Shown here one piece after another: positions 30,139-38,089 of a stretch of 64,000 nucleotides of DNA. Both the position numbers and the translations under genes were made by a program. The notes beneath the pieces were generated by a model. It searched no databases and was not told where the DNA came from. It saw only the letters and a program-made list of their open reading frames with translations. The DNA is taken from positions 3,072,001-3,136,000 of the forward strand of contig OY970342.1 of NCBI GenBank assembly GCA_963717505.1. The letters are read 5' to 3'. The stretch comes from Candidatus Eiseniibacteriota bacterium. GTDB taxonomy: Bacteria > Eisenbacteria > RBG-16-71-46. Position 1 is the first letter of the stretch. Each line of letters opens with the position of its first letter.

Positions 30139-30165
30139 GTGAAGATGGGTAAGGCTGGGTGGTAG
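30139..30165 (+). CDS. Putative 8-aa micropeptide MKMGKAGW
   Basis: AAAGGAGGTG (30123-30132), 6 nt spacer, GTG AAG ATG GGT AAG GCT GGG TGG TAG. Confidence 0.55.
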   Translation: MKMGKAGW

Positions 30166-30256
30166 ATTTCGCCCGCAGTACGTAGAACCTCCTGATTGTT
30201 CGGTGTCGGTCTCACCCAACGTGGCAATCCCGCAACCTGTCCCCCGGGTGACAACC

Positions 30257-31579
30257 ATGGTCGACGTCCCGCCGTTCGCCCACCCTCGGTGGTTCCGGGT
30301 CTACTTCTTCGCCGCACTGCTGACCGCACTCGCCGCCTTCGTCGCGACGCCGTCCGGTGCCCAGCCGCCACTCCTGATTCTCGGGGTCGTGGTCGGCCTG
30401 ATGCTGGCGCTCGAGCTGACGCCGATCGAGCTGCCCGGCGGCGGTTACGCGACCACCAGCGCGGTCGTCGACCTGCCGGCCATCGTGCTGATCGGACCGT
30501 TCTGGACCGCGGTGCTCGACGTGATCGCGATCGGCGTCGCCCAGGGGCTGGTGCGCCGGCGCGCGCCGATCAAGGTGATCCACAATGTCGCGGTCGCGAT
30601 CCTCACCGACCTGGCCGCCGGCTGGGCCTGGCACGCGGCCGGTGGCGCGACTTCGGGACGAGCGTTCGCCGAATGGATGGCGCCGTTGTTCGCGATGGGC
30701 TTCGCCTACTTCGCGGTCAACTCGACGCTGGCCGCGGTCGCGGTCGGCCTGACCCAGGGGCCGAACCCACTGCGGGTGTGGGAGCGGAGTTTCCTCGACG
30801 GCATCATCCACCACGTCTCGTTCCTGGCGCTCGGCATCCTGGCGACCATGACCTACCGGGTTGCGGGGGGGTGGGGACTCCTGTTCTTCGCGATTCCGTT
30901 CATGGTCGCGCGCCATTCGTTCCGGCTCTACGTGGAGATCCGCTCCGACTTGAAGGACTTCGTGCGCGCGCTCTCGGAGGTGCTCGAAGAGGTCGATCCC
31001 TACACCCGGCACCACTCGGCGCGAGTCTCCCAGTACGCCGTGCGCCTGTCCCGCGAACTGGGGCTCCCGGAACGCGAAGTCGAAGAGGTCGAATACGCGG
31101 CCCTGGTCCACGACCTGGGCAAGATCGGGCCGCAGCATCAGCACATCCTCCAGAAACCGGGCAGCCTGTCGCACGAGGAGCAGCGCACGCTGCGCTCGCA
31201 CCCGGCCGCTGGCGCCGAGATCGTGCGCAAGGTGCGGGCCCTCCGGCGGCCGGCCGAGATCATTCGCGCCCACCACGAGCGTCCGGACGGACAGGGCTAC
31301 CCGTTCGGACTGCAATCCGACGACGTTCCGATCGGCGCTCGCATCCTCAACGTTGCCGACGCGTTCGACGCGATGACCTCGGACCGGCCGTATCGCCGCG
31401 CATTGTCGGTGCGGGCGGCACTCGACGAACTCAGACGCGGCGCCGGCACCCAGTTCGACGATCAGGTGGTCGCCGCGCTGGTGCGGATGAACGAGCAGCA
31501 GCGCTTCCCGCTGTTGCCGAGTCCGAGCAGCGAGGACCTGCAGCAGCTGCGCATTCGCCCCCTGCGTCTGCGCGCGTGA
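30257..31579 (+). CDS. Membrane-bound HD-GYP cyclic-dinucleotide phosphodiesterase
   Basis: About 6-7 N-terminal TM segments; DPYTRHHSARV, VHDLGKIG, HHERPDGQGYP, VADAFDAMTSDRPYR, GTQFD; alternative GTG 30203. Confidence 0.92.
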   Translation: MVDVPPFAHPRWFRVYFFAALLTALAAFVATPSGAQPPLLILGVVVGLMLALELTPIELPGGGYATTSAVVDLPAIVLIGPFWTAVLDVIAIGVAQGLVRRRAPIKVIHNVAVAILTDLAAGWAWHAAGGATSGRAFAEWMAPLFAMGFAYFAVNSTLAAVAVGLTQGPNPLRVWERSFLDGIIHHVSFLALGILATMTYRVAGGWGLLFFAIPFMVARHSFRLYVEIRSDLKDFVRALSEVLEEVDPYTRHHSARVSQYAVRLSRELGLPEREVEEVEYAALVHDLGKIGPQHQHILQKPGSLSHEEQRTLRSHPAAGAEIVRKVRALRRPAEIIRAHHERPDGQGYPFGLQSDDVPIGARILNVADAFDAMTSDRPYRRALSVRAALDELRRGAGTQFDDQVVAALVRMNEQQRFPLLPSPSSEDLQQLRIRPLRLRA

Positions 31580-32595
31580 TGCGCTACCGCGACGCGGGGG
31601 TCGACCTCGACCGCGCCGACGCGATCAAGCATCGGCTGATCGAATCGGTGCGCTCGACCTGGGGTGCCAACGTGCGGCCGCTGGTCGGAGGGTTCGCCGG
31701 CGTCATGGAGTGGCCGGCGGGGCCGACGCTGATCGCGGCGACTATGGATGGGGTCGGGACCAAGCTGCACGTCGCGCTGGCCGCGGGTCGGGTCGGGGAT
31801 GCGGCCGCGGATCTCGTCTATCACGGCGCCAACGACCTGCTGGTCCACGGCGCCCGCCCGCTCGCCTTCCTCGACTACATCGCCCAGGCTCGGCTCGATC
31901 CGGAAGTGATCGCGGATGCCGTCGATGGGCTGGCGCGCGCGTGTCGCGAAGTGGGCGCGGTCCTGCTCGGGGGTGAGACGGCCGAGATGCCCGACACCTA
32001 TCTGCCGGGGGTCATCGACGTCGCCGGCTGCATGATCGGCACAACCGAAGACGCGCGACTGCTCGACGGCCGCCGTGTTCGCGACGGCGACGTGCTGCTC
32101 GGGATCGGCGCCGAGGGGTTGCACACCAACGGCTTCTCCTTGGCGCGGCGGGTGCTCGCGGAGTCGCGACTGGGACTCGAAGATCCTCTGCCCGGCGGCT
32201 CCGGATCGATCGCCGCAGCCTTGCTCGCACGGCATCGTCCATACGGCCGCTCGGTCCTGCCGCTGATCGAGCGGGGTCGGATCCGAGCCCTGGCGCACGT
32301 CACCGGGGGCGGCATCGCCGGAAACCTGGTGCGCGTGTTGCCCGAGGGACTCGGCGCCCGGATCGACGGCCGCGCCTGGCCGCGTCCGGCGCTCTTCCGA
32401 TGGTTGATCGAAGCCGGCGCGATCCCCGAGGACGACGCGCGCGCGAGCTTGAACCTCGGCATCGGACTGATCGCGGTCGTCGACCCCGAGGTCGCGACCG
32501 AGGTGAGTGAGGCGCTGGCCGCGGCCGGCGAGACCGTGCACGCGATCGGCGGCATCGCGGCCGGACCGCGACGGGTGGAGTGGATGGAGCCATGA
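31579..32595 (+). CDS. purM: AIR synthetase
   Basis: YRDAGVD, DGVGTK, FLDY, GGETAEMP, GLHTNGFSL, HVTGGG, NLGIG. Confidence 0.96.
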   Translation: MRYRDAGVDLDRADAIKHRLIESVRSTWGANVRPLVGGFAGVMEWPAGPTLIAATMDGVGTKLHVALAAGRVGDAAADLVYHGANDLLVHGARPLAFLDYIAQARLDPEVIADAVDGLARACREVGAVLLGGETAEMPDTYLPGVIDVAGCMIGTTEDARLLDGRRVRDGDVLLGIGAEGLHTNGFSLARRVLAESRLGLEDPLPGGSGSIAAALLARHRPYGRSVLPLIERGRIRALAHVTGGGIAGNLVRVLPEGLGARIDGRAWPRPALFRWLIEAGAIPEDDARASLNLGIGLIAVVDPEVATEVSEALAAAGETVHAIGGIAAGPRRVEWMEP

Positions 32596-32625
32596 TCCCG
32601 CGGCGTTCCCGCGGAGGGAGGAGGG

Positions 32626-33687
32626 GTGGAGGTGACGATGGAGCGTGGAACGCAGTTCGAGACAGCCCCCGAAGTCCTCGATCGATTGCTGGGTGAGTCC
32701 CCGGCGTGGCGCGACGTGCTGGCGGCGCTGCCGCGGGTCGCCACCAGTGATCTGCCGGTCCTGATTCTGGGAGAGACCGGCACCGGGAAGGAGTTGGTGG
32801 CGCGAGCCCTACACGATCTGAGCGGACGCTCGGCCCGTGGGTTCGTCGCGCACAACTGCGGGGCGACGCCCGACAGTCTGATCGAGAGCGAGCTGTTCGG
32901 GCATTCGCGCGGCGCGTTCACCGGGGCGGTGACCGATCGCGGGGGGCTGTTCGAGGCTGCCGACCACGGCACACTGTTCCTGGACGAAATCGGTGATGCC
33001 AGCGCGCTCCTGCAGATGAAACTGCTGCGCGTGCTGCAGGAGGGCGAGGCGCGGCGGGTCGGCGAGATCAAGGTGCGACGGGTCGACGTGCGCGTCGTGT
33101 CGGCGACCCACCGCCGGCTCGAAGAAGGCATCGGGGGCGGGTCGTTCCGCGCCGACCTCTACTATCGGCTGAGCTCGGTGCGCATCGAGTTGCCGCCGCT
33201 GCGCGCGCGAGGCCAGGATGTGCTGGTGCTGGCGCGCGCGTTCCTGGCGCGGGCCGCCGGTCGCGCCGGCCTGCCGCCGCCCCGGCTCGAATCCGAACTC
33301 GCCGAGCGTTTGCTCGCGCATCCGTGGCCGGGGAACGTCCGCGAGCTGGCGAACGGGTGCGCGTATGCGGTGCGCGTCGCCGGTGCGGTCGACCGCGTCG
33401 GCCCCGAGCATTGGCCGCCGGCGGCACCGCTCGGAGCGGCGCGATCGGCGTTTGGCCTCCACGCCGAGACTCGGGCCCTCGAGGAGCGGCGGCTGCGCGA
33501 AGCACTCGACCGTGCCCGGGGCAACAAGTCGCGCGCGGCCCGAACGCTGGGTCTGTCGCGCCAGGGTCTGCTCAAGAAACTCCGGCGCTACGGGCTCGAA
33601 ACGGTCGATCCGATCGACGAGCTGGCGGGCGTGGCCGAGGGTGCGCCGGGGACGCCGGCCCTTGACGGTGCGGGAGGCGGTCCGTAA
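32626..33687 (+). CDS. sigma54-dependent activator (AAA+ and Fis HTH) with no sensory domain
   Basis: GETGTGKE, ELFGHSRGAFTGA, FLDEIG, WPGNVREL, GNKSRAARTLG; only about 20 aa precede the AAA+ domain. Confidence 0.92.
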   Translation: MEVTMERGTQFETAPEVLDRLLGESPAWRDVLAALPRVATSDLPVLILGETGTGKELVARALHDLSGRSARGFVAHNCGATPDSLIESELFGHSRGAFTGAVTDRGGLFEAADHGTLFLDEIGDASALLQMKLLRVLQEGEARRVGEIKVRRVDVRVVSATHRRLEEGIGGGSFRADLYYRLSSVRIELPPLRARGQDVLVLARAFLARAAGRAGLPPPRLESELAERLLAHPWPGNVRELANGCAYAVRVAGAVDRVGPEHWPPAAPLGAARSAFGLHAETRALEERRLREALDRARGNKSRAARTLGLSRQGLLKKLRRYGLETVDPIDELAGVAEGAPGTPALDGAGGGP

Positions 33688-33690
33688 TGT
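33662..33690 (+). promoter_or_regulatory. sigma70-type promoter TTGACG-N17-TAATGT
   Basis: Just upstream of AAGGAGGA RBS and ATG 33713. Confidence 0.55.
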
Positions 33691-33712
33691 GCGGCGCCTC
33701 TCAAGGAGGAGC

Positions 33713-34732
33713 ATGAGCGTGGCGCGCAAGAACCTTCGCGTCGGACTGGTCGGAGTCGGTGGCGCCGCCCAGGTGAATCACATCCCCGCCCTCAAGAAGG
33801 TAGAGGGCGTGGACCTCGTCGCCCTGGTCGATCGCGATCCCGAGAAGGCGCAGCGGGTCGCGCAGAAGTTCCAGATCGAGCGGGCCACCGATCGACTCGA
33901 CGATCTGCTCGAAGCCGACGACATCGACGCGATCGACATCTGCACCCCGAATTACCTGCACGCGCCGATGGCGATCGCGGCACTCGAGGCCGGCAAGCAC
34001 GTGCTGTGCGAGCGTCCCCTGGCACGCCGGGCCGACGAGGCCGAGGCGATGGTCAAGGCCGCGAAGAAGGCCGAACGCGTGCTGATGTGCGCGGTCCAGC
34101 ACCGATTCCGCCCCGATGCCCAATTGCTCAAGCGCTTCGTCGACAAAGGCGACCTGGGCGAGATCTTCTTCGCCAAGGCCGGTTGGCTGCGGCAGAAAAC
34201 CGATTGGGATTCGGATGCCTGGCGCAGCCAGAAACGCGAGTCGGGCGGCGGAGTCGTGCTCGACCTCGGCTTCCAGATGCTCGACCTCGCGCTGTGGACG
34301 CTCGGGCAGCCGGAAGTCGAAACGGTCAGCGCCAGCGTCCATCGCATGCGCAAGGACGAGGTCGAGGACAGCGCCACCACGCTGCTGCGGCTCGCCGGCG
34401 GCGCGACGCTGACGCTCGAGCTGACCTGGGGCCTGCTGATGGAGAAGGACTTCGCGTACCTGAACCTGTTCGGATCGGGGGGTGCGGCTCTGCTGAACCC
34501 GTTCCGGGTCCACAAGGCCATGCACGGGTCACTGGTCAACGTGACGCCGACCCTGGATCCCTCGCGCCACCAGTACAAGCTGTCGATCGAAGCGCAGATG
34601 TCCCACTTCGCCGACGTGCTGCGCAAAGGGGCCAAACCGATGGGCGCGGGCGACGAGATCGTGCCGGTGATGGCGCTGCTCGACGCGATCTATCGTTCGG
34701 CCGAGCAGGGAAAGGAAGTGCGGCTCGGCTGA
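33713..34732 (+). CDS. Gfo/Idh/MocA-family oxidoreductase
   Basis: VGLVGVG, ICTPNYLH, GKHVLCERP, GGGVVLDLG. Confidence 0.92.
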   Translation: MSVARKNLRVGLVGVGGAAQVNHIPALKKVEGVDLVALVDRDPEKAQRVAQKFQIERATDRLDDLLEADDIDAIDICTPNYLHAPMAIAALEAGKHVLCERPLARRADEAEAMVKAAKKAERVLMCAVQHRFRPDAQLLKRFVDKGDLGEIFFAKAGWLRQKTDWDSDAWRSQKRESGGGVVLDLGFQMLDLALWTLGQPEVETVSASVHRMRKDEVEDSATTLLRLAGGATLTLELTWGLLMEKDFAYLNLFGSGGAALLNPFRVHKAMHGSLVNVTPTLDPSRHQYKLSIEAQMSHFADVLRKGAKPMGAGDEIVPVMALLDAIYRSAEQGKEVRLG

Positions 34733-34766
34733 ACGCAGTGCGACCTTTGCGGCGCTCGCCGCCGGG

Positions 34767-36239
34767 TTGCTCCTGGGGATCGCGTTCCTGCCCGGGCCCT
34801 GGGCGGGCTTGGCGTGGATCGCCTTCGTGCCTTTGCTCGCCGCCCTCGAGCGGCGTGTGCGCTCGGGCGGGCGCGCCTTCGGGCTCGGCTACCTGTTCGG
34901 CCTGGCGTTCTATCTGGTCGGCATCCACTGGATCGCGCTCCTGTCCGACGTCGCGATCACGGTGCCGTGGCTCAAGTACCCGGCGTGGCTGGCCGCGGCC
35001 GCGTACCTCGCGGTGTTCCCGGGTCTCGCGGCTGCGATCTCGGTGGCGCTGGCGCGCCGAACGCGCGTCTCGCTCGCGATCGTGTTCCCGTGCGTCTACC
35101 TCGCGGTCGAAGAGCTGCGCGCATCGGGCGAGTTGGGCTTTCCGTGGTTCCAGCCCGGCTACAGCCAGCACGCGTTCGTTGCGGTGCTGCAGCTCGCGAG
35201 TCTGGGCAGCGTGACGTTGGTGACCTTCTGGCTGCTGGCGGTGAACGCGCTGCTGTGGACCGCCTGGCGCGGGCCGGCTCGAGCGCGCGCCGCACTCGGC
35301 GCGGCATTGGTCTTTCTGTTGCCGTGGCTCTGGGGCTGGCGCGTGCTGGCGGCCGCTCTACCCGCCCAAGGACCGGCGGTCGCCCTGGTCCAGGGCAACA
35401 TCCCGGGTGCGATGAAGTGGTCGGGCCGGCACCAGGCGGAGATCTTCGAGGCCTACGCGACTCTGACGGCGCGCGCGGCGGCGGACTCGCTCCGGCCGGT
35501 GATCGCGATCTGGCCCGAGACGGCGACCGGCACCTATCTGCGGATGGACCCGATGTGGCATCGGGCCATGGATCGGCTGGCGGAGGTGACCGGCATTCCC
35601 GTGTTCGCCGGCTACCCCGACTACGAGTACCTGCCGCATGACGCGGTGCGCTACTACAACTCCGCCGGAACCTTCGGCGCCGGGGCGGCCGACACGCTGC
35701 GCTACGCCAAACGACACCTGGTGCCGTTCGGCGAACGCATGCCGTTTCAGGATTGGCTCCCGGCGATGGGCAAGGTCCGCCTGGGGCAGGCCGAGTGGAC
35801 CCCCGGTCGCGACGCGGTGCTGATCCCATCGGCCGCGGGACCGTTCGCGCCGCTCATCTGCTTCGAGTCCATCTTCCCCGACCTGGCGCGGCACGACGTG
35901 CGCGCCGGCGCCCGCTGGCTGGTGAACGTGACCAACGACGAGTGGTTCGGCAACAGTGCCGCGCTCTATCAGCACGCGGCGATGGCGGTGTTCCGCGCGG
36001 TCGAGAACCGCGTGCCCTTGGCGCGGTGCGCCAACACCGGGCTCACGCTCCTGGTCGACGCGCACGGCCGGATCCAGGGTTCGCTGCCGGTGTTCGCGCC
36101 CGGAGTTCGCGTCGGCCGACTGTCGGCGGCGGGTGCGCCGACGCCGTACTCGCGATTCGGGGATTGGCCGGGAGCCTTCGCCGGGCTCGCGGTCGCCGCC
36201 CTCGGTGTCGTTGCGCTGCGTCGCGTGCGCGCGCGTTGA
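34767..36239 (+). CDS. lnt: Apolipoprotein N-acyltransferase (start uncertain)
   Basis: GFPW, VQGNI, WPE, YAKRHLVPFGE, ICFES, TNDEWFG, RAVEN, ANTG. Confidence 0.93.
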   Translation: MLLGIAFLPGPWAGLAWIAFVPLLAALERRVRSGGRAFGLGYLFGLAFYLVGIHWIALLSDVAITVPWLKYPAWLAAAAYLAVFPGLAAAISVALARRTRVSLAIVFPCVYLAVEELRASGELGFPWFQPGYSQHAFVAVLQLASLGSVTLVTFWLLAVNALLWTAWRGPARARAALGAALVFLLPWLWGWRVLAAALPAQGPAVALVQGNIPGAMKWSGRHQAEIFEAYATLTARAAADSLRPVIAIWPETATGTYLRMDPMWHRAMDRLAEVTGIPVFAGYPDYEYLPHDAVRYYNSAGTFGAGAADTLRYAKRHLVPFGERMPFQDWLPAMGKVRLGQAEWTPGRDAVLIPSAAGPFAPLICFESIFPDLARHDVRAGARWLVNVTNDEWFGNSAALYQHAAMAVFRAVENRVPLARCANTGLTLLVDAHGRIQGSLPVFAPGVRVGRLSAAGAPTPYSRFGDWPGAFAGLAVAALGVVALRRVRAR

Positions 36240-36264
36240 CGGAACGTGGAACGCTGACTAACAT
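36236..36264 (+). promoter_or_regulatory. sigma70-type promoter TTGACG-N17-TAACAT
   Basis: -35 overlaps the lnt stop; upstream of asd. Confidence 0.55.
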
Positions 36265-36332
36265 GCGGGCTTGACGCCCTTGACCTCCTCGTGCGGAGCC
36301 CATCGCGCGTGACTTCATCACCGGGTGAGCCC

Positions 36333-37346
36333 ATGACCTGTCGGGTCGCGATTCTGGGCGCGACCGGCCTGGTCGGGCGTACCCTGCTCGAGGTGCTCGA
36401 ACGCCGCGGCTTTCCCACCGCCGCCCCGCGCCTGCTCGCGAGCGAGCGCTCGGAGGGCCGGACGCTGAGATTTCGCGGCCGCGACCTGGCGGTCGAGCCG
36501 GTGGCCGAGGCCGCGTTCGATGGCATCGATCTGGCCTTGTTCGCCTCGGCCAACGAGATCAGCCGGACCTGGGCCGACCCGGCCCGCGCCGCCGGGGCTC
36601 GAGTCGTCGACAACAGCAGCGCGTTCCGCTACGACGATGGCGTCCCGCTGGTGGTGCCCGAGGTCAACGGATCGCTGCTGGAATCGCGACCGAACCTGGT
36701 CGCCAATCCCAACTGCTCGACGATCGCGATCGTCCTGCCGCTCGCGGCCCTGATGCCGATCGCTCGGCTCGAACGTCTGGTGATCGCCACCTACCAGTCG
36801 GTGTCGGGAGCCGGGGCGGAGTCGCTCGCCGAGCTGGAGCGTGGCGTGCGCGACGGTCTCGAGGGGCCGCCGCCGCCTCGCGCCGGAGGGTTGGCCCCGT
36901 TCGCGTTCAACGTGGTGCCGCAGATCGACCGGTTCGAAGACAACGGCTACAGCCGCGAGGAAATGAAGATCGTCTGGGAGTCGCGCAAGATTCTCGGCCT
37001 GCCCGAGTTGCCGGTGACCGCAACCGCGGTGCGGGTGCCGGTCCGGGTGGGACATGCCGCCGCGGTGTGGTCGTCGTGGAGTCGCGCGATCGACCCGGAC
37101 GAGGCGCGCGAACGCTGGAGCCGATTCCCGGGTCTCGAGGTGGTCGACGATCCGAAACAGCTTCGCTACCCGACGCCGCTCGGCGTGGCCGGACGCGATC
37201 CGGTCCAGGTCGGGCGCGCGCGCCGCGATCTCGCGGACCCGAGGGGACTCGTGTTCTTCGTGGCCTCGGACAATCTCCTGAAGGGCGCGGCTTTGAACGC
37301 GGTGCAAATCGCGGAGCGTTTGTGCCGGCAGGGAGTGGCGGCGTGA
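36333..37346 (+). CDS. asd: Aspartate-semialdehyde dehydrogenase
   Basis: GATGLVG, DNSSAFR, VPEVN, NPNCST, TYQSVSGAG, RVPV..GH, DNLLKGAALN. Confidence 0.96.
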   Translation: MTCRVAILGATGLVGRTLLEVLERRGFPTAAPRLLASERSEGRTLRFRGRDLAVEPVAEAAFDGIDLALFASANEISRTWADPARAAGARVVDNSSAFRYDDGVPLVVPEVNGSLLESRPNLVANPNCSTIAIVLPLAALMPIARLERLVIATYQSVSGAGAESLAELERGVRDGLEGPPPPRAGGLAPFAFNVVPQIDRFEDNGYSREEMKIVWESRKILGLPELPVTATAVRVPVRVGHAAAVWSSWSRAIDPDEARERWSRFPGLEVVDDPKQLRYPTPLGVAGRDPVQVGRARRDLADPRGLVFFVASDNLLKGAALNAVQIAERLCRQGVAA

Positions 37347-38089
37347 CCTCGCAGACGCTCGCGGTTCCCGCACGTGGCGACGCGCTCGGAGCGTTGCTCC
37401 TCGGGACCCTGGCCGCGGCCATGGTCGCGAGCCGTCTCGAGGTGGCGCTCGGGTGTGTCCTGCTTGCGGTCGGACTGGCGTGGACCGCGGGCGCTCGGCG
37501 GCCCTCGGCGGCATGGTGGCAGGCGATGGGGTGGGGCATGGGGCTCGGGCTCGCGCTCAACCTCTATCTGGTCCCCGGTCGACCGCTGCCGCTGCCGGCC
37601 CTGTTCGGGCGCTCCGCGACCGCCGAGGGTCTGACCGCCGGAATCCTGGTCGGCCTGCGCGTGGCCGGCGCGTTGGTCGCGATGCAGGGTCTCAGGGCGG
37701 CGTGGCCGGGAGACCGGGCCGCCGATCATTTCGCGACGTGGCTCCGGCCGCTCGAACGCCTCCGGGTTCCGGTGCGCAGCCTGCGCGAGACGATGCGGCT
37801 GGCGTTGCGCATGATGCCGGCAGTCGCCGCCGAACACCGCCGAATCCGGCGACTGCAGGCCCAACGCGCCGGCGCTCCGCCGCGCGGACTCGCCGAACGC
37901 CTGGCGCGCGAACGCGCGGCGTGGATTCCGACTTTGATCGCGGCGATCGAGTCCGCCGACCGCCTGGCGCTCGCCCTGGAGGCGCGTCACTACCGCCTGC
38001 GACCGACGCCCGACGAGTTGCGGATCCCTGGCTGGGCGGCCGGTGTTTCGATCGCGATCGTGCTGGTTTCGCTGCTCACGCGGGGCTGA
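37343..38089 (+). CDS. ECF transporter T-component-like (EcfT/CbiQ) membrane protein
   Basis: Hydrophobic; LRPLERLRVPV, LALRMMP, degenerate coupling motifs QAQRAG and ALEARHY; precedes truA. Confidence 0.75.
   Translation: MTSQTLAVPARGDALGALLLGTLAAAMVASRLEVALGCVLLAVGLAWTAGARRPSAAWWQAMGWGMGLGLALNLYLVPGRPLPLPALFGRSATAEGLTAGILVGLRVAGALVAMQGLRAAWPGDRAADHFATWLRPLERLRVPVRSLRETMRLALRMMPAVAAEHRRIRRLQAQRAGAPPRGLAERLARERAAWIPTLIAAIESADRLALALEARHYRLRPTPDELRIPGWAAGVSIAIVLVSLLTRG

Noticed and set aside
30039-30200. Known c-di-GMP-I riboswitch upstream of the HD-GYP gene
   Set aside because: The GEMM hallmarks (GGCAAAC...GAAA...GACGCAAAG, CCUAA receptor) are not recognisable; kept only as an unknown structured element.
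30196-32595. 799-aa ORF as an N-terminally extended PurM
   Set aside because: The first 461 codons are an off-frame shadow of the HD-GYP gene; PurM begins at ATG 31579 overlapping its stop.
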